This document shows, piece by piece, positions 35,510-44,723 of a DNA stretch of 64,000 nucleotides. The stretch's first letter is position 1. Each line of letters opens with the position of its first letter. The stretch lies in the IMG/VR virus record IMGVR_UViG_3300032007_000002; one strand, 5' to 3'. The notes beneath the pieces were generated by a model. The model searched no databases, was not told where the DNA came from, and saw nothing but the letters and a program-made list of their open reading frames with translations. Source of the stretch: a virus (taxonomy: Duplodnaviria; Heunggongvirae; Uroviricota; Caudoviricetes). The position numbers and the translations under genes were made by a program.

Positions 35510-35767
35510 TTACTTCTTGGCCTTGGCAGCAGCAAGAGCGTTCTTCAACTTGGCGGACTTGGCCTGTTCCTTGGCGAGCTTGTCAGCTGCGGACTTGGCG
35601 GCCTTGTCAGCCTTTGCCTTCACCTGTTCGAGCTGCTTCTGGAGCTTCGTGTTGTCGGCGGTGAGCTTCTTGATCTTGGCGTTGAGTTCCTTTTCGCAGG
35701 AGCATGCGCCGCAGGAGGCAGTGGACTTCTTGGTGGACTTGGCGGAAGACTTGATTTCGTTCTTCAT
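35510..35767 (-). CDS. Small Lys/Ala-rich basic coiled-coil protein
   Basis: 85 aa, very K/A-rich, CGACSC; own promoter and terminator. Confidence 0.7.
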   Translation of the reverse strand: MKNEIKSSAKSTKKSTASCGACSCEKELNAKIKKLTADNTKLQKQLEQVKAKADKAAKSAADKLAKEQAKSAKLKNALAAAKAKK

Positions 35768-35807
35768 TAGTTTACCTTTTGTTGATTGTTTGTTGTTTCG
35801 GTGTGAG

Positions 35808-35819
35808 AAATATAGCAAA
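35808..35819 (-). promoter_or_regulatory. Early promoter motif
   Basis: Exact copy. Confidence 0.75.
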
Positions 35820-35852
35820 ATTCATTGCCGTTGTGATCGAAATTGGCGATTT

Positions 35853-36350
35853 TTATTTAAAATCCTCAACTTTCATGTTGATAAGCTGTTGATTTCTTCG
35901 CTCGATTTCGTTGAATACGTGCGGCTGCATGTTCTTGAAGAACGCGCGGGCGTCGCGCACGAGGATGAAGCTGTCCGTCTCGGGCTTGCGGTTGCCGAAG
36001 GAATCCGTGAAGAACGAGTTGCACTTCATCTTCTTCACCGCTTCGTCGAGACCGGGGACTACCGCGGAGAAGAGCCAGAGGGACTTGTTCGTCTGGTAGG
36101 GGACCTTCCCGATCTCGTAAATTTCCACCCCTTCGGGAATGGAGAACCCGGTCTCCTCGAACAGTTCGCGCTTGGCTGCCTGGATTGCGGTCTCGCCTTC
36201 CTCGATGTGGCCCTTGGGGATGTCGTAGGACGTCATGTGGCCGCCACCGGCCAGCCTCATGCCGAGGGGGCGCCCGGTCGGGTGGGTGGCGAGGATGGTG
36301 CCGGATTCCGGCTCGAACAGGATGAACCCTGCGGAAATCTGCTTAGGCAT
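35853..36350 (-). CDS. Nudix hydrolase
   Basis: PKGHIEEGETAIQAAKRELFEETG Nudix box. Confidence 0.9.
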   Translation of the reverse strand: MPKQISAGFILFEPESGTILATHPTGRPLGMRLAGGGHMTSYDIPKGHIEEGETAIQAAKRELFEETGFSIPEGVEIYEIGKVPYQTNKSLWLFSAVVPGLDEAVKKMKCNSFFTDSFGNRKPETDSFILVRDARAFFKNMQPHVFNEIERRNQQLINMKVEDFK

Positions 36351-37245
36351 TGTCTGCCTCCTTCAGCACCGGCCTGTGCTTGTGGATGAGGACGTCGGTG
36401 AGGTTGGCGATCTGGTTGAGCGGCGGGAGTTCCGCATACTTGGTGTAGTTGCGGATGACCTTGCCGCCCTGCTTTTCGATGTTCCTGATGGCCTTTTCCG
36501 GGAGTTCGTGGGTCGCGAGCAGTTCTTCCACGGTGAACTCGCGGATCGCGCGGTATGCGAGGAAGCCGTACTTGAGGCCGTGCGGGAGGTCGTCCCACCT
36601 GACGTTGAAGTGCTGTTCCATCATTTCCTTGCGCTCCTCGCTCTTCTTGCCTTCGAGACGGCTCTGCGGCATCAGGGAGCGGGCGAGGGTGGAGATGGAG
36701 TTCTTTACGCAGTCGTTGTGGCGCCAGAGGATGGTCAACGCGGCTTCCTCATACGTAGCTTCGTAGGAACGGGCGTCGAAGATGGCGTGGGACGGGTAGC
36801 GGGCTTCCGGCACGGTGCTGCGGTCGGCCTTGGTGTTGATGTATTCGTTGAACGCCGCGGTCGCGATGCTCGCCGCGATGGAGTTGAGCTTGTGGCACTT
36901 GCGGCCGAACGGGACCTTGTCTTCGCCGATCACGACGGTGATTTCGTCGGACTGCGTGTAGGCGACGATTGGATTGAACTCGGCGATGAGCGCTTCCATC
37001 GCATATTTCATTGCGCCGGTAATCGCCGGGTGGAACGCTGTGCGTGCCGGTACCGGACGGCCGATGTCGATTTTCTGCTTCGCGAACGGGCGGGTGTAGG
37101 TGTGGAAGGCGCGGCCGTCCACGCGGATGATGCAGCACTTGTGCTCGTCGATGACTACCTGGCCGGAGCCGTATGCTTCGCCTTTCGTGAACCTGAGTTC
37201 GAGCGCCTTCATGCGCTCGCCGAGGGTATCGTAGATTTCTGCCAT
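36343..37245 (-). CDS. Thg1-like protein (tRNA-His guanylyltransferase / 3'-5' polymerase)
   Basis: RMK.LE, RVDGRAFH, YTQSDEI, KLNS, FDAR, WR..DC.KNS. Confidence 0.9.
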   Translation of the reverse strand: MAEIYDTLGERMKALELRFTKGEAYGSGQVVIDEHKCCIIRVDGRAFHTYTRPFAKQKIDIGRPVPARTAFHPAITGAMKYAMEALIAEFNPIVAYTQSDEITVVIGEDKVPFGRKCHKLNSIAASIATAAFNEYINTKADRSTVPEARYPSHAIFDARSYEATYEEAALTILWRHNDCVKNSISTLARSLMPQSRLEGKKSEERKEMMEQHFNVRWDDLPHGLKYGFLAYRAIREFTVEELLATHELPEKAIRNIEKQGGKVIRNYTKYAELPPLNQIANLTDVLIHKHRPVLKEADNA

Positions 37246-37288
37246 TTGACTTTCCTTGTCTTTGGTGATTTTCAATCTTTCGTGCCGG

Positions 37289-37332
37289 AAATATAGCAAT
37301 TTTTCATGCGGCCATTTGTTTTTGCTATATTT
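37289..37332. promoter_or_regulatory. Divergent early promoters (ATTGCTATATTT minus 37289-37300; exact copy plus 37321-37332)
   Basis: Motif copies facing Thg1 and ORF 37353. Confidence 0.7.
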
Positions 37333-37352
37333 TGAGCAAACTGAGGTAAACC

Positions 37353-37658
37353 ATGAACGAAGAAGCAAAATGTGATCCGACCGCAAAGGTCTCTGCCAGG
37401 GTTGCCACCGACCAGGTGGTTGACGAATATCTTAAGGAAATCATGCCTGAAATCAACCGCGCCATCGCGGAAAAACGGTTCAGTACGTCATTTGGCTATG
37501 CGGATGCGCTTGTCGCGTATTCGATGTCCAGTACCCTGTATGACCTGGGCTACCAGACGATGGTGTCCGCAAAGGTTGGTCCGGGCGGCAACATCGAATA
37601 TACGCTGACCGTGAGCTGGGCGCCCACTGCCTTCCATACCGTTATCGCAGGAAAGTAA
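37353..37658 (+). CDS. Hypothetical protein
   Basis: GAGGT RBS. Confidence 0.6.
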   Translation: MNEEAKCDPTAKVSARVATDQVVDEYLKEIMPEINRAIAEKRFSTSFGYADALVAYSMSSTLYDLGYQTMVSAKVGPGGNIEYTLTVSWAPTAFHTVIAGK

Positions 37659-38513
37659 ATGATCCACTGGTTGAAAATAACCGACGGCTACCCGCTCAAC
37701 ATCAGGGCTACCCACAATTCCCGCAGGAAGGTGTTCCCCGGGAAGATAGAGTTCAAGCCCGGCATGAATATCCTGTTCGGGCCGAACGGGTGCGGGAAGA
37801 GCAGCATCATCAACGCCATAGGCGCCAACGGCATGACTGTCCGCGGTTGGTCCAACATGAACTTCAGCCCGCTCCGCCTGTTCCGCGACGGGAAGGCGGA
37901 CATCAGGGGGTTCGTGAAACGGACGCTGGGGTTCGGGTCCGAGATGGACTTTGACGGGCCGGTCTATTTTCACAATGATTACGAAATCCGCCGGTTCGCC
38001 GGATGGAGCACCGCCGGTACCGGCATCGGTTCCGGGACGGCCTGCGCCGAGTCCTATCTGTCCGAACACATGGACAACCGCCTCCGGTCCGCCGGCGAGA
38101 GCGAGATGGCGATACAGGGCGCGACGCTGTCGAATATCCTGAGCGGACGCTGGGCGTTCAACCGGGAACTGATCGAGGCTGACGCCGAGCAGAAGCTCAA
38201 CGCGACGACGGACCTCGAAACCGCCGTCTGCATCAAGGGGCAGCTGGATTATGCCCGCGAAAGCTGGCTGAAGGGAGGCTCCCCCACGTTGCTCCTCGAC
38301 GAGCCGGAGCTTCACTTGGACTTCGAGATAATGGACGGCCTGTTCACCCGGCTGCTGCCGCAGTTCCTGTCGCAGGGCTACCAGATTATCATGGCGACAC
38401 ACTATCCGTTCGCCCCGTTCCTGTTCAAGGACGCGAACATCATCGGGATTGACCGGGATGTGGAGAAATTCAAGAAATACGTAACGGAGCTCGTTACGGG
38501 AAAGGAGAAGTAA
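37659..38513 (+). CDS. Stand-alone ABC-type ATPase
   Basis: GPNGCGKS, SAGE, LLLDEPE, ATH. Confidence 0.8.
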   Translation: MIHWLKITDGYPLNIRATHNSRRKVFPGKIEFKPGMNILFGPNGCGKSSIINAIGANGMTVRGWSNMNFSPLRLFRDGKADIRGFVKRTLGFGSEMDFDGPVYFHNDYEIRRFAGWSTAGTGIGSGTACAESYLSEHMDNRLRSAGESEMAIQGATLSNILSGRWAFNRELIEADAEQKLNATTDLETAVCIKGQLDYARESWLKGGSPTLLLDEPELHLDFEIMDGLFTRLLPQFLSQGYQIIMATHYPFAPFLFKDANIIGIDRDVEKFKKYVTELVTGKEK

Positions 38514-38517
38514 AATT

Positions 38518-38775
38518 ATGAATTCATTTTGGAAAGGTTGCATCGGGGCGGCCATCGGCATGGCGCTTTTCATGTGGATGGGATGGGGCATCCGCGGGTC
38601 GCATACAGTAACTGCGGAAACATGCCGCGAAGTCGTCAACTCGAAGGGAGGCACAAATAACCTGTGCACTTCCTATACGGTGAAGTTTACCAACGTGAGC
38701 GGCAAGTTGGAGGACATGGACGCGATGGCCGACAAGATTATTTCTGCAATGCAGGCGATGCCGGAGACAAAATGA
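38518..38775 (+). CDS. Small membrane-anchored protein
   Basis: N-terminal hydrophobic helix. Confidence 0.6.
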   Translation: MNSFWKGCIGAAIGMALFMWMGWGIRGSHTVTAETCREVVNSKGGTNNLCTSYTVKFTNVSGKLEDMDAMADKIISAMQAMPETK

Positions 38776-39092
38776 CACCACAGCAGAGCGTAATGTTTTT
38801 CTGGAAGGTGAACTCCGAGCTGGCCCATAGCGGCAAGGAGTTCCGCGAGGCGGGCATCTCCATGGTGGACCGCGGTTTCGTGTTGCCCGCGTTCGGGACG
38901 GGGGCTGACGGCTACCGGTGCCGGTTCAATATACGAGGGACTGCCGCGACGGTCAAGGTGACGTTCGGCAAGGACAACAAGCCGACCTATACCGCCACCA
39001 CCGCGGACGGCAAGTTCACCGTGACCGGGGACGAGAATACCCGCCCGTCCGACGTGGTGATAAAGCTGTCCAACGCCATGCGCGGAAAGTAG
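38772..39092 (+). CDS. Hypothetical protein
   Basis: GGAG RBS, ATGA coupling. Confidence 0.6.
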   Translation: MTPQQSVMFFWKVNSELAHSGKEFREAGISMVDRGFVLPAFGTGADGYRCRFNIRGTAATVKVTFGKDNKPTYTATTADGKFTVTGDENTRPSDVVIKLSNAMRGK

Positions 39093-39102
39093 GCATCCTC
39101 CT

Positions 39103-39114
39103 TTTGCTATATTT
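39103..39114 (+). promoter_or_regulatory. Early promoter motif
   Basis: Exact copy. Confidence 0.75.
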
Positions 39115-39137
39115 CAGATATAGAAAAGGAGGCTACC

Positions 39138-39692
39138 ATGCCGAAGAAAGAGATTGAAGCGCCGCAAGTTGAGCCGGTGGGCAAGGAACTTCTCGACAAG
39201 CTGGAAGAGTTCAACCGGGAAATCGAAAGCCATAGGAAGGCCATCGAGGACGTCAGGCTCAAGGCACGCGAAATGCTTAAGGAAGCGGGATTCCCGTGGA
39301 GTTTTGCAAAATGCCGTAGCCTCCGTTGCAAATATACGAAGGGCCAGCGGGTCACCTGTTGGGGAGGCTGCGTGCGAAGCGAAGATGGAGGTATAGGTGA
39401 AGCCCTTTCCGGCCGCTTGCATACCACGGACTCGTATGAATTCGACCCGACCATCAAACTGCCTAAGCAGCTGCCTACTCTTGGCTGGAAACGTGTTACG
39501 TTCAAGTCAAGTTGCTTCGGCGAAGTGAGGGTTGACGACGTCATCAGGGAAAACAGCCGATACCTGATTTGCAAGCACTGCACCGTCGACAAGAAGGACA
39601 TGACCGCGTTCGACAATTCCGGCGGTTATACGTCGGCGGCATTTGAAAAAGTAACTGAATACATCGAAGAAAAGGAGACCAAGGGTGAGTAA
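39138..39692 (+). CDS. Hypothetical protein
   Basis: AGGAGG RBS. Confidence 0.65.
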   Translation: MPKKEIEAPQVEPVGKELLDKLEEFNREIESHRKAIEDVRLKAREMLKEAGFPWSFAKCRSLRCKYTKGQRVTCWGGCVRSEDGGIGEALSGRLHTTDSYEFDPTIKLPKQLPTLGWKRVTFKSSCFGEVRVDDVIRENSRYLICKHCTVDKKDMTAFDNSGGYTSAAFEKVTEYIEEKETKGE

Positions 39693-40455
39693 GAAGACCC
39701 CGCTTTCACGCCATCACGCCCGCCGCAAGGCCAAGCGCGTGTTCTTTACAGTAGAAACCCTGGTCCTCGTGGCCCTGCTGTGCGTAGTGTGCTTCTTTGC
39801 CGGGGAGGCAAGCCAGAAGTTCGAGCTCATCACCGACACGGTCACCCGTGGCAGGATGCACTCCGACTCCATTGCAGCCCGCATGGACAGCCTGGATGCG
39901 CATGTCCTTGCCCTCCACGAGATTACCGAGACCAACCGTTCCCGCTCCCACCAGATTGCCGTGGGCGCCAAGATCGTGCAGCACGCCCGCAGGGGCATGG
40001 ACGCGAGGGAAGCGGCCAGGCTCGCCCGTATAATCTTCGACGAGGCCGAGTTCAACTCCACCGTGGAATACCCGTTCCTTCTTGCCATTATCGAGTCCGA
40101 ATCCAAGTTCAACGACCATGCAGTCTCCCCCGCGGGCGCGGTAGGCCTCGGCCAGCTCATGCCCAAGACCGCCGAGAGCATGGCCCGGCATGCCGGAATG
40201 AAGTTCGACCCCAACCTGCTTACCGACCCTAAATACAACGTGAAGCTGTCCGTGCAGTACCTGTCCAAGCTGGGAAAGCAGTTCCAGAACTATGTGCTGG
40301 TTGCCGCTGCGTACAACGGCGGTCCGGGAGGCGCCATCAAGTACCAGCAGTGGATCGAGGGCGAGGCCGGAAAGGACAGCGTCCACCCGGAAACGGTAGA
40401 TTACGTGGAAAAGGTCATGCAGCGCTACTATGCCTACCGCGGCATGCTTCAATAG
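39685..40455 (+). CDS. Membrane-anchored lytic transglycosylase (SLT domain)
   Basis: N-terminal TM; IESES, AVSPAGAVGLGQLMP, AAYNGG, ETVDYV. Confidence 0.88.
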   Translation: MSKKTPLSRHHARRKAKRVFFTVETLVLVALLCVVCFFAGEASQKFELITDTVTRGRMHSDSIAARMDSLDAHVLALHEITETNRSRSHQIAVGAKIVQHARRGMDAREAARLARIIFDEAEFNSTVEYPFLLAIIESESKFNDHAVSPAGAVGLGQLMPKTAESMARHAGMKFDPNLLTDPKYNVKLSVQYLSKLGKQFQNYVLVAAAYNGGPGGAIKYQQWIEGEAGKDSVHPETVDYVEKVMQRYYAYRGMLQ

Positions 40456-40458
40456 GCA

Positions 40459-40470
40459 TTTGCTATATTT
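40459..40470 (+). promoter_or_regulatory. Early promoter motif
   Basis: Exact copy. Confidence 0.75.
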
Positions 40471-40485
40471 CAGGCAGAGGAATAT

Positions 40486-41106
40486 ATGGATATTAAAGAA
40501 AGCAGACTATACAAAGATTTCGAAAGGAGTTATTGCCGTGCGGCCGACAAGGAAACCCACATGGCCCTTGCGCTCCCGCTAATCGAAGCCCACCATGAGG
40601 AATATGAAAAGGCCTGCGCACAGAAGGAAGCCATGGAAAAGGAACTCAGGGCTGCCGAGCGCAAGGTGTCCAGCATCAAGTCCAAGATGAAGCAGTTCGA
40701 TAATGTCGGCACCGACATTTTCAACGTGCACTATATGGAATATGCCAAGCAGCTTCTGGTGGGGAAGAATTTGCTTCTTGTCCCCCGTGACATGTTCAGC
40801 GGTTGCTGCCTCGGCGACAAGGATATGGCGCGTTCCGGCGAACGTTTCATGGTCATCATCGTCAACGAAGTCGAGGGCGCAACCAGCATCTGTGCAACGT
40901 GCAGGGTGGACATGTTCGTGTATGACCCGAAACGGACGGGTTCCAGGGTGTGCATCAACACCTCCAACACGATCCATTTTGACGAAATTGTCGAGTTCCT
41001 TGACAACGACAAGGCTACCACTTACATCAACAAGGCATACAAGGACCTGGAAGGCGTAATGCAGTCGATGCTCACCACGTTCGGCGGAGGGAATGAAAAT
41101 GCCTGA
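40486..41106 (+). CDS. Hypothetical protein
   Basis: GAGG RBS. Confidence 0.65.
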   Translation: MDIKESRLYKDFERSYCRAADKETHMALALPLIEAHHEEYEKACAQKEAMEKELRAAERKVSSIKSKMKQFDNVGTDIFNVHYMEYAKQLLVGKNLLLVPRDMFSGCCLGDKDMARSGERFMVIIVNEVEGATSICATCRVDMFVYDPKRTGSRVCINTSNTIHFDEIVEFLDNDKATTYINKAYKDLEGVMQSMLTTFGGGNENA

Positions 41107-41353
41107 GTATCACGTCGGATGCGGCATGGCCGGGATTTATGCCGGAACGATTTCCAAGCCCGGAATATGGAAGAGCAAGAGCCCGGTGACCGACGAGGCC
41201 CTCCGTGCGGCTGCCGAATACATGATGGGGCAGATCAAGCCCGGCCACGAGGCCTATGAGATTACCTGGACCAACAGGACCACGGGAAAGAAAATCGTGC
41301 TCACCTGCAAGGTCGTCGAACCGCCCCCGAAGGAGGAACCATGTGCGAAGTAG
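41093..41353 (+). CDS. Hypothetical protein
   Basis: GGAGG RBS; IYAG..W..K..VTDEA. Confidence 0.6.
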   Translation: MKMPEYHVGCGMAGIYAGTISKPGIWKSKSPVTDEALRAAAEYMMGQIKPGHEAYEITWTNRTTGKKIVLTCKVVEPPPKEEPCAK

Positions 41354-41838
41354 TCAATAACGCCTATGAGCAGAAGGAACTCAGGATTGTCGTCGGGGAG
41401 CCGAACCCGCCGTCCGAGATGAATTTCAAGCAGACCCCGCTTTCCGTGCAGGAAGTGGAGTTCGCCGGTACACTCGGGCTCAACAACCCGAAGATTTCGC
41501 CCGACGGCATTTCCTTCGACCTGGAAGCGTTCAGCATGCACCGCCCGGCCGGCGTGGAAATGAAGACCGAGGAAGGCGAGGTCGATGAGGTCAACGAGGA
41601 CGGTTCCATCACCACGCGCGTGATGCACCGCCTTACCATTACCGCCGAGACGAACGACATGTGCAAGCGCGTGTTCCGTATCCATATCGACACCCATGCC
41701 ACCGACCGCATCGGCCCGAAGGTCATCGACTGCCGCTATGCCGGCTGCACCCTGTCCGACCTGTTCGGGCTAATCAACCGTACCTACGAAAACAACCGTA
41801 GCCAACCGGGCTACCCGGCGGGTGTATGGCGGGGTTAG
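41341..41838 (+). CDS. Hypothetical protein
   Basis: AGGAGG RBS. Confidence 0.6.
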   Translation: MCEVVNNAYEQKELRIVVGEPNPPSEMNFKQTPLSVQEVEFAGTLGLNNPKISPDGISFDLEAFSMHRPAGVEMKTEEGEVDEVNEDGSITTRVMHRLTITAETNDMCKRVFRIHIDTHATDRIGPKVIDCRYAGCTLSDLFGLINRTYENNRSQPGYPAGVWRG

Positions 41839-41839
41839 C

Positions 41840-42877
41840 ATGGATAACGCTGACGTATGGAAAGCCGATTGCAAGAACTGCAATCTTACATTAGATTTTT
41901 CGACGCTCATGCGGATCCACCGCGTGAATGCCCATGACATGATAACGCTGTATGGCGATACGTTCAGGAAAACGTTCAAGGACATGGTCGTCGGCAAGGA
42001 CGAACTTCGCCGGGCGCTGAAACAGCATGCAATCTGGCTCAGAAGCACCGGGCACCGTGGCAAGCGGCTGGACCTGTCCAAACGTTTCTTGGAAAAGCTG
42101 GACCTTTCCAATGCCGACATGCGGTGCGCCATCCTGCGCGATGCCCAGTTCAACGATGTGAACATGGCCGGCGCCAACCTGGCCGGTGCGGACCTGGCCG
42201 CTGCCCTTATATGCGGCTCAGACATGCGCGGTGCCAACCTGACCCACGCAAACCTTGGCGGTGCCGCGCTGAACGCCGACCTGTCCGGGGCGCAGTTCGT
42301 GTTCTCGAACTGCAGCTTTACCGGTTTCGACGGAAGCAAACTTAATGGCACGGTGTTTAACCGGGTGAACATGACCGACGCCTCGCTAACCGGGACCAAC
42401 TTCGGTAAGAACGGAGAAATCCTTATCGGCATGAAGCCGCTGCTTCAGATGGCCTGCCCGGAGACCGGGCGATACATCGGCTACAAGGCGGCTGTGCTGA
42501 AATACAACCCGGCCAGGTACAGGGCGCACCACACGGAAATGGAAGTGTTGGAACACCTGAGCAAGCACAAGCCCAGGCATGTCATCATCGAGCTGGAAAT
42601 CCCGGCGGACGCGCGGCGTTCGTCTGCACTGTCTAACCGGTGCCGGTGCTCATGCGCCAAGGTTCTGTCCATCACGAGCTTGGACGGAGCAAAGCATTAC
42701 CGGACGGCTATCTCGATGCACGACAACGGTTTCACCTACCGTGTAGGGAAGGTCGCCGTCGTGGAGAATTTCGACCCGGACCGGTGGGCCGAGGCGAGAC
42801 CGGGCATCCACCATTTTACCCAGAGGGAATGTGCGGTAAATTATGCGGGATCTTACATGCCGGTCAAGGCCAAGTAA
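41840..42877 (+). CDS. Pentapeptide-repeat protein with DUF5758-like C-terminus
   Basis: A(D/N)Lxx repeats; LEIPADARRS..CRCS.AKV..FDPDRW..GIHHF. Confidence 0.8.
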   Translation: MDNADVWKADCKNCNLTLDFSTLMRIHRVNAHDMITLYGDTFRKTFKDMVVGKDELRRALKQHAIWLRSTGHRGKRLDLSKRFLEKLDLSNADMRCAILRDAQFNDVNMAGANLAGADLAAALICGSDMRGANLTHANLGGAALNADLSGAQFVFSNCSFTGFDGSKLNGTVFNRVNMTDASLTGTNFGKNGEILIGMKPLLQMACPETGRYIGYKAAVLKYNPARYRAHHTEMEVLEHLSKHKPRHVIIELEIPADARRSSALSNRCRCSCAKVLSITSLDGAKHYRTAISMHDNGFTYRVGKVAVVENFDPDRWAEARPGIHHFTQRECAVNYAGSYMPVKAK

Positions 42878-42879
42878 TT

Positions 42880-42891
42880 TTTGCTATATTT
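42880..42891 (+). promoter_or_regulatory. Early promoter motif
   Basis: Exact copy; tRNA-like RNA starts 6 nt after TATATT. Confidence 0.75.
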
Positions 42892-42896
42892 CAAGC

Positions 42897-42979
42897 GTTC
42901 GCGTAGCTCCAACTAATTAGAGCCACCGGAGTTTTGGCAGACGACCGGGAACCAACTGGTGAGAGCCCAGTCGCGAACA
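42897..42979 (+). ncRNA. tRNA-like RNA with non-canonical D, anticodon and T loops
   Basis: GTTCGCG/CGCGAAC, TA, GCTC/GAGC, CCGG/CCGG around 15 nt, ACTGG-TGAGAGC-CCAGT. Confidence 0.7.
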
Positions 42980-42983
42980 TTAC

Positions 42984-43056
42984 GCCCTCATAGCTCAGCT
43001 GGATAGAGCCGTGGTTTCCTAAACCGCAGACCTGCGTTCGAGTCGCGGTGGGGGTA
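42984..43056 (+). tRNA. tRNA-Arg(CCT)
   Basis: GCCCTCA/TGGGGGT, A20, GTGGT-TTCCTAA-ACCGC, TTCGAGT; no encoded CCA. Confidence 0.9.
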
Positions 43057-43058
43057 CT

Positions 43059-43283
43059 ATGAATACGAACAGTTTCTTGCAGACCGAACAGCCGGTGGAC
43101 CCGTTTGAACGGCGTTGCCGGCGCAAGACCGATTCCGGGTTGATCCGGGAACTGGAGAAAATCCGCAAGCAGCGGAAAGAACTGGACCGTCGCGAAAAGA
43201 TTATACAGAACGTGCGGTCCATGCGGTATAGCGTGAACAACTGGTTCAGTGAAGAAATCAATTCAACGGAGTTGCATCTATGA
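43059..43283 (+). CDS. Hypothetical basic protein
   Basis: Starts 2 nt after tRNA-Arg; ATGA coupling downstream. Confidence 0.45.
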   Translation: MNTNSFLQTEQPVDPFERRCRRKTDSGLIRELEKIRKQRKELDRREKIIQNVRSMRYSVNNWFSEEINSTELHL

Positions 43284-43645
43284 CAAGACTTAACGGGGCC
43301 ACGGTAGATCCGAACGCGGAACTTCGCCGCGACATGCTGCTCAGGCAGTATGACTTGCTGGGGAAGCGCGGGGAGGCTTTGCTGCGCATCGCCGAGGAAG
43401 GCGACGCGTTGCGCAAGAACATGCAGACGCTTGCCACCTATGTCACCGTCGGTGCAGTCACTCCGCAGGAAGCCAAGGCGACCATCGCTGACGGCATGTT
43501 CGATGGCATCCAGAAGGCGTGGGACGATTACCGCCGGGTCGATGCGATGTATCGGGCCACCCAGCTGGCCAACAACTCGAGCTACGGGTTCCATACGTTG
43601 CAGTCCGCACGTGAAATCCTGTTCGAAGCGGAGGTGACAGCATGA
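43280..43645 (+). CDS. Hypothetical protein
   Basis: Coupled ORF. Confidence 0.6.
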   Translation: MTRLNGATVDPNAELRRDMLLRQYDLLGKRGEALLRIAEEGDALRKNMQTLATYVTVGAVTPQEAKATIADGMFDGIQKAWDDYRRVDAMYRATQLANNSSYGFHTLQSAREILFEAEVTA

Positions 43646-43878
43646 AGTTACCGCAGGCAAACAAGGAACTCACCGTCGGCGCGATGAAGGAGATGACCGA
43701 GGAAATCGACAAACAGCAGCATCTCCCGTTCACCAAGCGCATGAGCACAATCGACGGCGCTTTGCGCTATACCAGGCTCGCCTTCATGGCCTACAAGGAT
43801 GTGCGGGCGACTATCGAGCCCATCGACGAAGGCATTTGGAAATTCATGATTACCGTATCGGCAAAGGAGACAAAATGA
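43642..43878 (+). CDS. Hypothetical protein
   Basis: GGAGGT RBS, coupled. Confidence 0.6.
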   Translation: MKLPQANKELTVGAMKEMTEEIDKQQHLPFTKRMSTIDGALRYTRLAFMAYKDVRATIEPIDEGIWKFMITVSAKETK

Positions 43879-44345
43879 CTCCAAAACGTTCTCGTATGAC
43901 ATCCGACCAGATTGTTGACGGCCAGATAAACGGGACCGAGATTTGCGTGACCGAGAATTTCATGGCCTACGACAACGGCAGGCCGACCGGGGCCACCATA
44001 TTTGACCTACTCCCTTCATGCACCTACGTTGACAAGACGACCGGGGAGGAACACAAGATGGTGTCCGCGATCCGCGTGAAGTTCAACAACGAACTTGTGG
44101 GAGTGGTGAACAATATCCACCTTGATGACGATGGCGACGTCTGCGGGACGCTCGACCTGTTCCGCCCGCTCCCGCTACAGGAAATGGGCCAGCGCATGTT
44201 TGGCCTCGTCTGGGAGTTCCGTGGCCGTTATGATGAACTTGAAATGCGGTTCGTGTATGACTATGACGCCAGGTACAGGCATGATACCGGAAAAGACAGC
44301 TACACAGCAACAATTAAACCCCGCGTTGGACTTGGAGGATGGTAA
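43875..44345 (+). CDS. Hypothetical protein
   Basis: AAGGAG RBS, coupled. Confidence 0.6.
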   Translation: MTPKRSRMTSDQIVDGQINGTEICVTENFMAYDNGRPTGATIFDLLPSCTYVDKTTGEEHKMVSAIRVKFNNELVGVVNNIHLDDDGDVCGTLDLFRPLPLQEMGQRMFGLVWEFRGRYDELEMRFVYDYDARYRHDTGKDSYTATIKPRVGLGGW

Positions 44346-44346
44346 T

Positions 44347-44670
44347 ATGAAGTTTGCAGATTTTATCGAGACGGTCAAGGGTGTATACCCGGAGGCGCGT
44401 TTTCCAAAAATGGACACTGACGGGTTTTCCGTAAATGTTCATGTTGACTTGTGCAAGCCGGGGTTTGATGTCGAACATCCCGTCGGCAACATGGTCTGGT
44501 TGGATTATATGGGTTCCAATGAACTCATCAACGAGACCGTCCCGGCAACCGACACGGTGGCCCATTGTGAAAACATTTCGTTGTGCGATTTGTCACAGCT
44601 GCTCCAAAATCGCAAGGATGATGGATTTACCCACACGCGGACAACAATTACACTGGTCGAAAAACAGTAA
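44347..44670 (+). CDS. Hypothetical protein
   Basis: GGAGG RBS. Confidence 0.6.
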   Translation: MKFADFIETVKGVYPEARFPKMDTDGFSVNVHVDLCKPGFDVEHPVGNMVWLDYMGSNELINETVPATDTVAHCENISLCDLSQLLQNRKDDGFTHTRTTITLVEKQ

Positions 44671-44680
44671 CCGTCTCCCT

Positions 44681-44692
44681 TTTGCTATATTT
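44681..44692 (+). promoter_or_regulatory. Early promoter motif
   Basis: Exact copy. Confidence 0.75.
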
Positions 44693-44723
44693 CAGTCAAG
44701 AGATAAGGCAAAAGGAGGTCCCC

